Source: an uncultured Gammaproteobacteria bacterium (GTDB lineage Bacteria > Patescibacteriota > Patescibacteriia > Magasanikbacterales > UBA922). From it: a stretch of 64,000 nucleotides of DNA. The notes beneath the pieces were generated by a model. It did no database searches. It was not told the origin of the DNA and saw nothing but the letters and a program-made list of their open reading frames with translations. Of the stretch, positions 44,452 through 53,182 are shown one piece after another. The stretch covers positions 568 through 64,567 of the forward strand of contig CAYFPJ010000006.1 of the NCBI GenBank assembly GCA_964344965.1, read 5' to 3'. Made by a program: the position numbers and the translations under genes. Numbering within the stretch: position 1 is the first letter of the stretch; each line of letters opens with the position of its first letter.

Positions 44452-45909
44452 ATGACCAAACAAGAACTAAACATCAACGATGAGCGTGAAATTCGTCTTA
44501 AAAAAATAAAAGATATTGAAGAGACCGGCATTGAAGTCTTTCCAGCTAGATCTGTCAAAAATCACAGCATTACTCAAGCCCTAGATGCAGGAGAGGGGGA
44601 GAGCGTGGAGATTGCTGGTCGGATCATGATGAAACGTGAGATGGGTAAGCTCACTTTTTGTCATCTCCAAGATCAGTCTGGTCGGATGCAGATTGCTTTC
44701 AAGCAGGATGAGTTAGGGAAAGATACTTACAAACTTTTTGTCAAAAAAATCGACATTGGAGATATCATTTCAGTAGAAGGAGAAAGATTTGTGACTCACA
44801 AGGGTGAGCAATCTGTGATGGTCAAAAAATGGACTATTCTTACCAAAGCAGTATTGCCTTTGCCAGATAAGTTTCATGGGTTGAAAGATGAGGACCTGCG
44901 TTTTCGCAAAAGATACCTAGATATGCTGACCAATCCTGAACTAAGAGAGTTGTTTGTAAAAAAAGCTAAATTTTGGGATGTTACCAGAATGTTCATGAAA
45001 GAAAAAGGTTTTTTTGAAGTAGAAACTCCACACCTCGAAACAACCACCGGAGGAGCAGAGGCTACTCCATTCAGCACTCACCACAATGATTTTGATTTGG
45101 ATGTCTATCTCCGTATTTCTGTCGGAGAACTGTGGCAGAAGAGATTAATGGCAGCCGGATTTGAAAAGACTTTTGAAATTGGTCGAATATTTCGCAACGA
45201 AGGATCGAGCGCAGATCATCTCCAAGAGTTTACTAACATGGAATTTTATTGGGCTTATGCAAATTATAATGATGGCATGAAGCTCACCCAAGAATTGTAT
45301 CAACGCATTGCTACAGAAGTTTTTGGAACCACAAAATTTTCAACACGTGGCTATGACTATGACTTGGCTGGTGATTGGGAAAGGATTGATTATGTGGAGG
45401 AAGTAAAAAAACAAACAGGAATTGATGTCCTGAAAGCCACAGAAAAAGAGATGAAGGATAAGCTAGAAGAATTGAAAGTAAAATATGATGGAGAAAACAA
45501 AGAGAGGTTGACTGACACTCTTTGGAAATATTGCCGCCGCAATATTGCTGGTCCTGCTTTTTTGGTAAATCATCCTAAACTTGTTTCACCTCTTGCCAAA
45601 GCTCACTCAGAAAATCCATCCCTTACCGAACGTTTCCAAATTATTATTGCTGGAAGTGAGGTTGGGAATGGTTATTCAGAGCTCAATGATCCAATAGAGC
45701 AGAGAAAGAGATTTGAGCAACAGCAAGCTCTTATTGACAGTGGCGACAGCGAGGCAATGATGCCTGACATGGAGTTTGTAGAGATGCTTGAACATGGCAT
45801 GCCACCGACATGCGGATTTGGATTTGGTGAGCGCCTATTTGCTTTCATGGTAGATAAGCCGATCCGGGAGTGCACACTATTTCCGCTTATGAAGCCAGAG
45901 ATTGAATAG
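44452..45909 (+). CDS. lysS: lysine--tRNA ligase (class II)
   Basis: OB-fold anticodon-binding N-domain (GRIMMKREMGKLTFCHLQD) and class II motifs 1-3 (FEVETPHL, FEIGRIFRNEG, GFGFGERL). The ORF-track start at 44440 is a TTG; the first ATG is at 44452. Confidence 0.92.
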   Translation: MTKQELNINDEREIRLKKIKDIEETGIEVFPARSVKNHSITQALDAGEGESVEIAGRIMMKREMGKLTFCHLQDQSGRMQIAFKQDELGKDTYKLFVKKIDIGDIISVEGERFVTHKGEQSVMVKKWTILTKAVLPLPDKFHGLKDEDLRFRKRYLDMLTNPELRELFVKKAKFWDVTRMFMKEKGFFEVETPHLETTTGGAEATPFSTHHNDFDLDVYLRISVGELWQKRLMAAGFEKTFEIGRIFRNEGSSADHLQEFTNMEFYWAYANYNDGMKLTQELYQRIATEVFGTTKFSTRGYDYDLAGDWERIDYVEEVKKQTGIDVLKATEKEMKDKLEELKVKYDGENKERLTDTLWKYCRRNIAGPAFLVNHPKLVSPLAKAHSENPSLTERFQIIIAGSEVGNGYSELNDPIEQRKRFEQQQALIDSGDSEAMMPDMEFVEMLEHGMPPTCGFGFGERLFAFMVDKPIRECTLFPLMKPEIE

Positions 45910-45915
45910 ACTTTT

Positions 45916-46335
45916 ATGAAAACAGTCCTCATTACTGGCACCTTCGATATTCTCCATCTTGGTCATATATACTTTTTCAAACAAGCTAGAGAATATGGTG
46001 ATAATCTTCACGTCATAATAGCAAGAGATAGTAATGTTGAGAAAATAAAAGGTCACAAACCCGTAAACACAGAGGATGAAAGATTAGATCTATTATCTTA
46101 TGTCAAATTAGTTGATAAAGTTATCCTCGGTGATGAAGACAATCCTTACAAATATATTGAAGAATTACAGCCAGACGTGATAGCACTCGGCTATGATCAA
46201 AATGTCTTTGTAGATAAGTTAGAAAATTTTTTAAAAGAGAAAAATATTGATGCTGAGATTGTCAGATTGAAACCACATCGAGAAGATAGGTTAAAGAGCG
46301 GGAGGATTAAGGATTATATTGAAAGTAATATCTAA
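45916..46335 (+). CDS. cytidylyltransferase-like nucleotidyltransferase (HxGH family; RibL/TagD-like)
   Basis: VLITGTFDILHLGHIYFF contains the (T/H)xGH nucleotide-binding motif. Its 139-aa size fits single-domain cytidylyl/adenylyl-transferases. Confidence 0.75.
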   Translation: MKTVLITGTFDILHLGHIYFFKQAREYGDNLHVIIARDSNVEKIKGHKPVNTEDERLDLLSYVKLVDKVILGDEDNPYKYIEELQPDVIALGYDQNVFVDKLENFLKEKNIDAEIVRLKPHREDRLKSGRIKDYIESNI

Positions 46336-46368
46336 CACAGATTACAGGGATTTTATTGGATTACACAG
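46335..46368. repeat. Left inverted repeat of the GxxExxY cassette, copy 1
   Basis: ACACAGATTACAGGGATTTTATTGGATTACACAG is the reverse complement of 46771-46799 with 28/29 identity. Confidence 0.75.
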
Positions 46369-46380
46369 AAAAAAAACAAT

Positions 46381-46773
46381 ATGCTAAAGGAGGTAGATTT
46401 AACAAGAGAAATAATTGGGATAGCAATGAAAGTACACGGAGAACTTGGTCCTGGATTTAAAGAAGTGATCTATCATCAAGCCATGTTGTCCGATTTGATT
46501 GAGAATGATTTTGATGTAGAAACAGAAGTGGAATTTGATGTAATTTACAAAAATAAAATAATTGGTATATTTAGAATTGATCTATTGGTAAATAAAAAAG
46601 TATTAATAGAGCTAAAGGCAATAAGCGGTGAGATACCTAAAATATTTAAATCACAAGTTGTCTCTTATTTGAAAGCAAGTAATTTGGAAGTTGGTCTACT
46701 GCTTAATTTTGGAAACCCAAGTCTTGAAATAAAACGATTTGGAAACTACAAAGACTATAAAAGATCAGTGTAA
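46381..46773 (+). CDS. GxxExxY family protein, copy 1
   Basis: 130 aa with GIAMKVHGELGPGFKEVIYHQA (G-x-x-E-x-x-Y) and ...IDLLVNKKVLIELKA. It is 126/130 identical to the copy at 59671..60063. Confidence 0.8.
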   Translation: MLKEVDLTREIIGIAMKVHGELGPGFKEVIYHQAMLSDLIENDFDVETEVEFDVIYKNKIIGIFRIDLLVNKKVLIELKAISGEIPKIFKSQVVSYLKASNLEVGLLLNFGNPSLEIKRFGNYKDYKRSV

Positions 46774-46799
46774 TCCAATAAAATCCTTGTAATCTGTGT
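46771..46799. repeat. Right inverted repeat of the GxxExxY cassette, copy 1; it abuts the ATG of the next gene
   Basis: TAATCCAATAAAATCCTTGTAATCTGTGT. Confidence 0.75.
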
Positions 46800-47819
46800 A
46801 TGAATAGACTCCTCATTGCCACAACCAACCAAGGAAAGCTAAAAGAGATCAAACATTTTTTAGCAGATTTACCATTTGAAATTATTGGACTGTCTGATCT
46901 TGATAAAGAATATGACGAACCAGAAGAAACAGAAGAGACCTTGATGGGAAATTCTGTGCTGAAAGCAAAGTACTATGGAGAAAAGACAGGCCTAATTTCA
47001 CTAGCTGATGATACTGGATTATTTTGTCACGGTCTTGATAACTGGCCTGGAGTTCGTGCCGCAAGGGTAGCGAAGACAGATGACGAACGCTGCCTAGCTC
47101 TCTTAGAAAAAATGAATGGAATAAAAGACAGATCAGCATCATTCAGGTCTGGAATTTCGATTTATGACCCAAACACCAAATCAACATTTTTTACATTGGG
47201 AGAATTGCATGGTGAAATTCTGACTGAAATGCCTGGTGAGAGAAAAAATGGATTTTGTTATGATCCACTTTTTTTCCTAAAAGAATTTGGCAAAACAACA
47301 GACGAGTTGGAAACTGTCGAAAAAAATGCAATTAGCCATCGCGGCAAAGCATTGGTAAAAACAAAATACTTTCTCCAAAATCAGTACAGTGCTAAGCACA
47401 TTGTCGTTCCAATTGCTCTCATTATCCAAGATGGAAAAATTCTGATGCACAAACGCAACGATCCTCATCGACCAGACTACCACGGCAAGTGGGAATTTCC
47501 CGGTGGGACGATGGAATTTGGAGAATCATTTGAAGAAAATATAATTCGTGAAACCAGAGAAGAAGCTGGATATGATGTGGAAGTAATAAAAAAGTTAGAT
47601 CACACAGCTGTCGAAAATCAAGAATTGCCAACTTTTCAATATCAAGTCTATCTAGTACCATTTCTTTGTAAGATTATTGGTGGAGAAGGGGAGTATAGTG
47701 ACGCTGAAGTGATGGAGCAGAGATGGTTTGAGCTTGATGATGTGGTCAATCATGATTTGATTGGGGAGAATCGGAGGATGTTTGAGAAACTCTTATCAGA
47801 GCTAAAGGAGAGTATTTAA
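46800..47819 (+). CDS. fusion protein: non-canonical purine NTP pyrophosphatase (RdgB/Ham1) N-domain plus Nudix hydrolase C-domain
   Basis: RdgB-like LLIATTNQGKLKEIKHFL...DTGLFCHGLDNWPGVRAARVA. C-terminal Nudix box GKWEFPGGTMEFGESFEENIIRETREEAGYDV. Confidence 0.8.
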   Translation: MNRLLIATTNQGKLKEIKHFLADLPFEIIGLSDLDKEYDEPEETEETLMGNSVLKAKYYGEKTGLISLADDTGLFCHGLDNWPGVRAARVAKTDDERCLALLEKMNGIKDRSASFRSGISIYDPNTKSTFFTLGELHGEILTEMPGERKNGFCYDPLFFLKEFGKTTDELETVEKNAISHRGKALVKTKYFLQNQYSAKHIVVPIALIIQDGKILMHKRNDPHRPDYHGKWEFPGGTMEFGESFEENIIRETREEAGYDVEVIKKLDHTAVENQELPTFQYQVYLVPFLCKIIGGEGEYSDAEVMEQRWFELDDVVNHDLIGENRRMFEKLLSELKESI

Positions 47820-47831
47820 AAAACACACAAA

Positions 47832-47936
47832 TTAGGAAATGGCACACAGATGACACAGATCTAATGGATTTACACGGATAAAATCTATCAAAATCCATTT
47901 AATCCGTGTGCCGAAGGCCTGTGTTCTATTTCCTAA
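47832..47936. repeat. MITE-like element, family 2, copy 2
   Basis: TTAGGAAAT...ATCCATTTAATCCGTGTG...GTTCTATTTCCTAA. It shares its TIRs and internal blocks with 26297-26390. Confidence 0.65.
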
Positions 47937-47959
47937 TTTAGAAATCTAATAATTTTATT

Positions 47960-49204
47960 ATGCTAGACATAAATCTAATCCGCAACAACACAGAAGAAAT
48001 AAAGCAAAACCTCCTCAAACGCATGGATCCTCAAGATCTAAATCTTGATGCTATCTTGAAGCTCGATGAAAAACGAAGAGAAATTTTGAAACAGGTGGAA
48101 GAATTGAAAGCTGAGCGCAATAAACATTCTAAAACAAAACCAACTCCAGAGCTAATTACGGAAATGAAAAAGATAGGAGAAAATATTAAAAAATTAGAAG
48201 TTAAATTGACAAAGATTGGCGGAGAATTAAATGAAAAAATGGCCGACTTACCAAATATTGTCGCTGATGATGTCGTGGCCGGCGGTAAAGAAAATAATAA
48301 AGTCTTGAAAACTTTTGGTGAGCAGCCAAAGTTTGATTTCGAGCTGAAAGACCATGTCGAGTTGGCCACATCACTTGGCCTGATTGATTATGAAAGGGGG
48401 GTGAAGATGTCTGGCTCTGGTTATTGGGCCTATACTGGAGATGGGGCACTACTCGAGTGGGCTCTCCTTAATTACTTCATAGAATTCCATCGCAAAAATA
48501 ATTACAAATTTGTCATCCCACCATACCTATTGACTGAACAATCTGCCTACACTTCCGGACATCTACCAAAATTTCGAGACGATCTCTTCTGGACCCAAGA
48601 CAATACTTGCCTCAATGCCACATCAGAAATGATGATGGGAAACTACCATCGAGATGAGATACTTGAGACAGAAAAATTACCAATGAAATATTTTTCTTAC
48701 TCAGCATGTTTCAGGCGTGAAGCTGGTAGCTACCGCAAAGAAGAAAGAGGAATGATCCGCGGGCATCAGTTCAACAAAGTAGAAATGTTTCAATTTACCA
48801 GACCAGAAGACTCTTGGACTGCTTTTGATGAGCTTCTCAAAAATGCAGAAGCACTGGTGGAAGGCTTAGGACTTCACTACCAGACAAGTCAGCTCGCAGC
48901 AGGGGACAGCTCAGCCGCTATGGCTAAAACTTGTGATATCGAAGTTTGGATCCCCAGCATGGAAGTCTACAAAGAAGTCAGCAGCGCTTCTAATGCGCTT
49001 GATTACCAAGCCAGGCGAGGCAATGTCCGCTTCAAAAATCCAGAAACAAATAAAAATGAATTTGTCCACACTCTCAATGCCTCAGGATTAGCCACTAGCA
49101 GACTTATTCCAGCTATCTTAGAGCAGTTTCAGCAGGAAGATGGTGGTGTTAGAGTACCGGAGGTTTTGCAGGAATTTGTTGGAAAGGAAGTTCTTAGTCC
49201 ATAG
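47960..49204 (+). CDS. serS: serine--tRNA ligase
   Basis: N-terminal coiled-coil tRNA-binding arm and a class II catalytic core (motif 2 FRREAGS.., motif 3 GLATSRLIPAILE). Confidence 0.92.
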   Translation: MLDINLIRNNTEEIKQNLLKRMDPQDLNLDAILKLDEKRREILKQVEELKAERNKHSKTKPTPELITEMKKIGENIKKLEVKLTKIGGELNEKMADLPNIVADDVVAGGKENNKVLKTFGEQPKFDFELKDHVELATSLGLIDYERGVKMSGSGYWAYTGDGALLEWALLNYFIEFHRKNNYKFVIPPYLLTEQSAYTSGHLPKFRDDLFWTQDNTCLNATSEMMMGNYHRDEILETEKLPMKYFSYSACFRREAGSYRKEERGMIRGHQFNKVEMFQFTRPEDSWTAFDELLKNAEALVEGLGLHYQTSQLAAGDSSAAMAKTCDIEVWIPSMEVYKEVSSASNALDYQARRGNVRFKNPETNKNEFVHTLNASGLATSRLIPAILEQFQQEDGGVRVPEVLQEFVGKEVLSP

Positions 49205-49236
49205 TTCAAGGTTCATAAATTTTTAAAAAAATAGTT

Positions 49237-49336
49237 TAATCCCTACCTCGTTCCTCGGTACGGGACGAGGGGTTGGTTTAATTCCCCGAGGCTCGCCTCG
49301 AAAAAAAGGTTCCAGGGCTTGCCCTGGGGTTCATAA
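49237..49336. repeat. Hairpin repeat copy E (reverse-complement orientation of family TCGTCCCG...TCGGGATTAAA) plus two further GC hairpins, acting as the serS terminator region
   Basis: TAATCCCTACCTCGTTCCTCGGTACGGGACGAGG is the reverse complement of the 37505-37541 type. It is followed by GAGGCTCGCCTC-GAAAAAAA and CCAGGGCTTGCCCTGG. Confidence 0.6.
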
Positions 49337-49346
49337 CTTTGATTAC

Positions 49347-49595
49347 ATGGTAGATATACTTGGGTACTTGGCTGGGATATTAGTAGTAATATCTCTTTTG
49401 CCACAGACAATAAAGAGTTGGAAAACAAAATCTACAAGCGACCTCTCACTTTGGAGATATATAATATATTGTATAGGATTAATATTGTGGATTATGTACG
49501 CAGTTATAATTAAAAATGGTCCAGTGGCTTTAATGAATTCAGCAGGACTGTTTCTAGCATTTTCTATTTTATACCTAAAGATAAAGTATAAATAA
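49347..49595 (+). CDS. SemiSWEET (PQ-loop) family sugar transporter
   Basis: 82 aa with 3 TM helices. LLPQTIKSWKTKSTSDLSLW carries the PQ motif of bacterial SemiSWEETs. Confidence 0.65.
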   Translation: MVDILGYLAGILVVISLLPQTIKSWKTKSTSDLSLWRYIIYCIGLILWIMYAVIIKNGPVALMNSAGLFLAFSILYLKIKYK

Positions 49596-49603
49596 AAAAT
49601 CCC

Positions 49604-50326
49604 ATGGACCAAGAACCAAGAACCAAGAACCTAATAATCATACCCGGCTGGAACGGCACCAAACAAACCTGGCAAAAATTTGTAGAACTGGCAAGTGATA
49701 ATTTTGATGTCCAAGTCATCGAACTTCCTTGTTTTGGTAATGAACCTTGCCCTGATGCAGTCTGGGGAGTAGAAGAATATGCTGACTTCGTCAAATCTAA
49801 AATCATAAATCATAAATCTAAAATCATCTTATTGGGTCATAGTTTTGGTGGGGCAGTCGCTACCCACCTAGTAGCCAATAACCCAAGTATCTGTAACAAA
49901 TTAATCCTCAGTGGAGCTCCGATATTTAGAAGAAAAAAAACTATCAAAAAAGTAATATTTGGAATTATTGCCAAAGTCGGGAAATTCATCTTCTCTCTAC
50001 CAGGATTGAAAAAATTTGACAGAATAATGAAAAAAATATTATACAAAACAGCGCATTCGGACTATAATGGTACTAGTGGCATAAAACGAGAAATTTTCAA
50101 AAAAATAACAAGGCAAGATCAAAGTCATTTGCTATCGAAAATAAAAACCAAAACTTTGGTTATCCATGGGACAAAGGACACATATGTACCTCTGATCGAC
50201 GGCAAAAAAGTTGCAAGCATTATAGAAAACGCAGAGATGGAAATTGTAGAAAATGGCAAACACGGTCTCCATCTACAACAACCAAGCAACCTACTGAGTA
50301 TCATAAATAATTTTGTACAAAATTAA
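49604..50326 (+). CDS. alpha/beta hydrolase fold protein
   Basis: Nucleophile elbow GHSFGG and a C-terminal His (GKHGLH). The start of the gene contains the heptamer tandem CCAAGAA x3. Confidence 0.75.
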   Translation: MDQEPRTKNLIIIPGWNGTKQTWQKFVELASDNFDVQVIELPCFGNEPCPDAVWGVEEYADFVKSKIINHKSKIILLGHSFGGAVATHLVANNPSICNKLILSGAPIFRRKKTIKKVIFGIIAKVGKFIFSLPGLKKFDRIMKKILYKTAHSDYNGTSGIKREIFKKITRQDQSHLLSKIKTKTLVIHGTKDTYVPLIDGKKVASIIENAEMEIVENGKHGLHLQQPSNLLSIINNFVQN

Positions 50327-50336
50327 GCAATAGCAT

Positions 50337-51938
50337 ATGCTTGATTTCTCCTCAATCCAAATTACAATAGCAATTCTCTGGCTTTTTGTCAGCTTGATTG
50401 ACTATTTTGATTATGCATATCTGTGGCAATTGAAATGGTACAGATTCGATCGCATCAAAGAGTTGTACCAAGCCCAAGGATTGAAGGCATTCTCTCGATA
50501 TAATATCCTTTGGAGAGGTATTGGGTTTTTACTTCTAATATTCTGGCCAGTAAATCAGTATTACATAGTAGAATATATTATTTTTTTGATACTTGTCCTC
50601 GACATTGTCTATGCCATTTATAAATATTTCGAAAAAATATTACGAAGACCAATTTTTTCCATAAAGGCCACACTCCTAATCCTAACTTCTACAATATTTG
50701 AAGCTGGTGCACTTCTATACATGAGAGATTATCTCTTACTTTTATTTTTGATGCTATTTAGATTTTTTATTATCTCCATTTTTGTCCTACTTGCCAATTT
50801 ACTTACAGACAAGATTAGAAATCTGAAAATGCACAAAGCAGAGAAAAAATTAAAGAGTTATAAAAATTTGAAAATAATAGGAATTACAGGTAGCTACGGA
50901 AAAACCTCTGTTAAGGAATTTCTATACCACATTCTCTCAAAAAAATTTAAAGTAATAAAAACTCCAAAAAATATTAATACAGAAATAGGTATTGCAAATT
51001 TTATCCTAAAAAATAATTTTGATGACTATGAAGTATTCGTGGTAGAGATGGGAGCCTACAGGATAGGGGAGATAGAAAAAATGTGTGAAATGGTTCATCC
51101 TCAGATAGGCGTACTGACAGCAATTGCCAACCAGCATGTCTCTTTGTTTGGGTCAATACGGAATACTCAAAAAGCCAAGTATGAACTGATTCGCTCTATT
51201 CCAAAAGACGGTCTAGTGGTAACCAATGCAGACAATGACTACTGCACAGAATTTCTAAATGAACTAGACTGTCAAAATATTCAAACGTATGGAGTAGAAT
51301 CAGAAAAAAATCCAGACTGCTATGCAACCGAAATAAAATCAAAGCTAGATGGATTCTTTTGTAAGGGATACCTACATGGAGAATATGGAGAAGTACATGC
51401 TCCTATAATTGGGGCGCACCATGCCTACAACATAGGGGCAGCCACTCTTGTAGCAAACTATTTGGGAATGTCTGGTGAAGAAATTGCAAAACACTGTCTC
51501 ACCATACCGACAGATATTCACGGCTCTATCAAGCTATATAAGTATGGAAAAGCCAGTATAATCGATGATAGTTACAACTCAAATCCTAGAGGATTTTGTG
51601 CAGCTCTGGATGTCCTGAATCTCTACCCTCAAGAAAAACGTAGGATTGTGATCACCAGAGGAATGCTAGAGCTAGGCGAAAGAAGTGACGCAGAGCACGA
51701 AAAAATAGCAGGCGAAATATCATTTATAGCTGACGAGCTAGTGGTGATAACAAAAGACTTCATAGAACCACTAAAAAATGGAGTGGTGGAGAAGTACAAT
51801 CTGGATATTTTGGTAAAAGACCAACCAAACACACTACTAACTTATCTAAAATCCCTAAAGGATGAAAATGTGGTAATTTTATTAGAAAATAGAATGCCCA
51901 GTCTGATAACAGAAGAGCTCCAAAAAAATAAAAAATAA
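50337..51938 (+). CDS. murF: UDP-N-acetylmuramoyl-tripeptide--D-alanyl-D-alanine ligase fused to a roughly 170-aa N-terminal polytopic membrane domain
   Basis: Mur ligase P-loop GITGSYGKTSVKE, central and C-terminal Mur domains (DDSYNSNP). The N-terminus has 4-5 predicted TM helices. Confidence 0.8.
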   Translation: MLDFSSIQITIAILWLFVSLIDYFDYAYLWQLKWYRFDRIKELYQAQGLKAFSRYNILWRGIGFLLLIFWPVNQYYIVEYIIFLILVLDIVYAIYKYFEKILRRPIFSIKATLLILTSTIFEAGALLYMRDYLLLLFLMLFRFFIISIFVLLANLLTDKIRNLKMHKAEKKLKSYKNLKIIGITGSYGKTSVKEFLYHILSKKFKVIKTPKNINTEIGIANFILKNNFDDYEVFVVEMGAYRIGEIEKMCEMVHPQIGVLTAIANQHVSLFGSIRNTQKAKYELIRSIPKDGLVVTNADNDYCTEFLNELDCQNIQTYGVESEKNPDCYATEIKSKLDGFFCKGYLHGEYGEVHAPIIGAHHAYNIGAATLVANYLGMSGEEIAKHCLTIPTDIHGSIKLYKYGKASIIDDSYNSNPRGFCAALDVLNLYPQEKRRIVITRGMLELGERSDAEHEKIAGEISFIADELVVITKDFIEPLKNGVVEKYNLDILVKDQPNTLLTYLKSLKDENVVILLENRMPSLITEELQKNKK

Positions 51939-53182
51939 TGAAGTTATTTAAATCTACAATATTTACTGGATTTGCCCCCAACTTACGAATACAAGATTTT
52001 TTGCTGGCTTGTAGTTTTTTGTTTTTTCCTTGGCGTTGGCCATTTTTACGAGTCGGTAAATATACAAAAGAGGTAGAAGAGTGGCTACAAGAATTCCTCT
52101 CTGCAGACCATGCCTTTTCGGTTGATAGTGGACGCAGCGCTCTACTTCTCTCCCTCAAATCTATCGGTGTCAAGGAGGGGGATGAAGTAATTTTACCAGG
52201 GTACACTTGTGTAGTAGTGACCAATGCGATTCGTTATCTTGGAGCTGTGCCTGTATATGTGGATGTAGGAGATGATCTCAATGTTATTGTCAGTGAAATA
52301 GAACAAAAAATTACTACAAAAACAAAAGCTTTGGTTGTTCAACACACATTTGGCGTGGCTGCTGATCTGGATGCTATTGTCGAGATAGCTGGAGAAAAAA
52401 ATATCAAAATAATAGAAGATTGTGCTCACTCACTCGGTGGTGAGTATCATGAAAGAAAATTAGGAACTTTTGGTGATATTGGATTTTTTAGTTTTGGGAG
52501 CAACAAAATAATATCCTCTGTCCGCGGTGGAGCAGTAGTCACAAATAGTGACAAAATCGCCAAAAATTTGGAAGAGCAAATAGCAAAATTAAAAAAACAA
52601 AAACTCTCAGAACTGCTGAGACATCTATTGCATTTCCCACTATTTTTTATAAGTAAACCAATGTATAATTTTGGTGGAAAAATAATCCTCGGCTGTGCCA
52701 AAAAAATAAAATTACTTCCAAATATTATTTCTAAAAAAGAAAAGAGGGGAGTGATAGATAATTTCTATCCATCACTTTTTTCAAACTCTTTGGCAAGAAT
52801 CACACTTAGTCAACTACAAAATCTAGCAAAAAATATCAAACACAGAGAGAGAATTGCCAAGCATTATAGAGAAGAATTAAAATCAAAAATTGAATACCAG
52901 GAAGGTGAAGAGGGGAGAGTCTGGCTTTATTACACCATTTTTACAAAAGACCATGATGCTCTGGCGAGCGCTCTAAAAAAACAAGGAGTGATTGCTGGTA
53001 CAGACTGGAGTGGATCTGTGATCGTACCAAAAGATATTGATCTTACAAAAACTAATTACCAACCAGGCACTTGTCCTAATGCCGAAAAAATTTCTTTTCA
53101 AGTACTAAATTTACCTACAAATTTGAACATTGACATAAGGAAGGCTGATAAAATTGTAAAGATTGTAAATGAAAATTTTTGA
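51938..53182 (+). CDS. DegT/DnrJ/EryC1/StrS family PLP-dependent sugar aminotransferase
   Basis: ILPGYTCVVVTNAI...AHSLGG...FSFGSNKIISSVRGGAVV carries the catalytic Lys in SFGSNK. The start overlaps the murF stop (ATGA). Confidence 0.8.
   Translation: MKLFKSTIFTGFAPNLRIQDFLLACSFLFFPWRWPFLRVGKYTKEVEEWLQEFLSADHAFSVDSGRSALLLSLKSIGVKEGDEVILPGYTCVVVTNAIRYLGAVPVYVDVGDDLNVIVSEIEQKITTKTKALVVQHTFGVAADLDAIVEIAGEKNIKIIEDCAHSLGGEYHERKLGTFGDIGFFSFGSNKIISSVRGGAVVTNSDKIAKNLEEQIAKLKKQKLSELLRHLLHFPLFFISKPMYNFGGKIILGCAKKIKLLPNIISKKEKRGVIDNFYPSLFSNSLARITLSQLQNLAKNIKHRERIAKHYREELKSKIEYQEGEEGRVWLYYTIFTKDHDALASALKKQGVIAGTDWSGSVIVPKDIDLTKTNYQPGTCPNAEKISFQVLNLPTNLNIDIRKADKIVKIVNENF

Noticed and set aside
44016-44558. 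180-aa minus-strand ORF overlapping 43585..44439 and the lysS start
   Set aside because: It is S/L-rich, antisense to a more protein-like plus-strand ORF, and overlaps the lysS N-terminus.
51760-52224. 154-aa minus-strand ORF spanning the murF/degT junction
   Set aside because: It is antisense to two well-supported genes.
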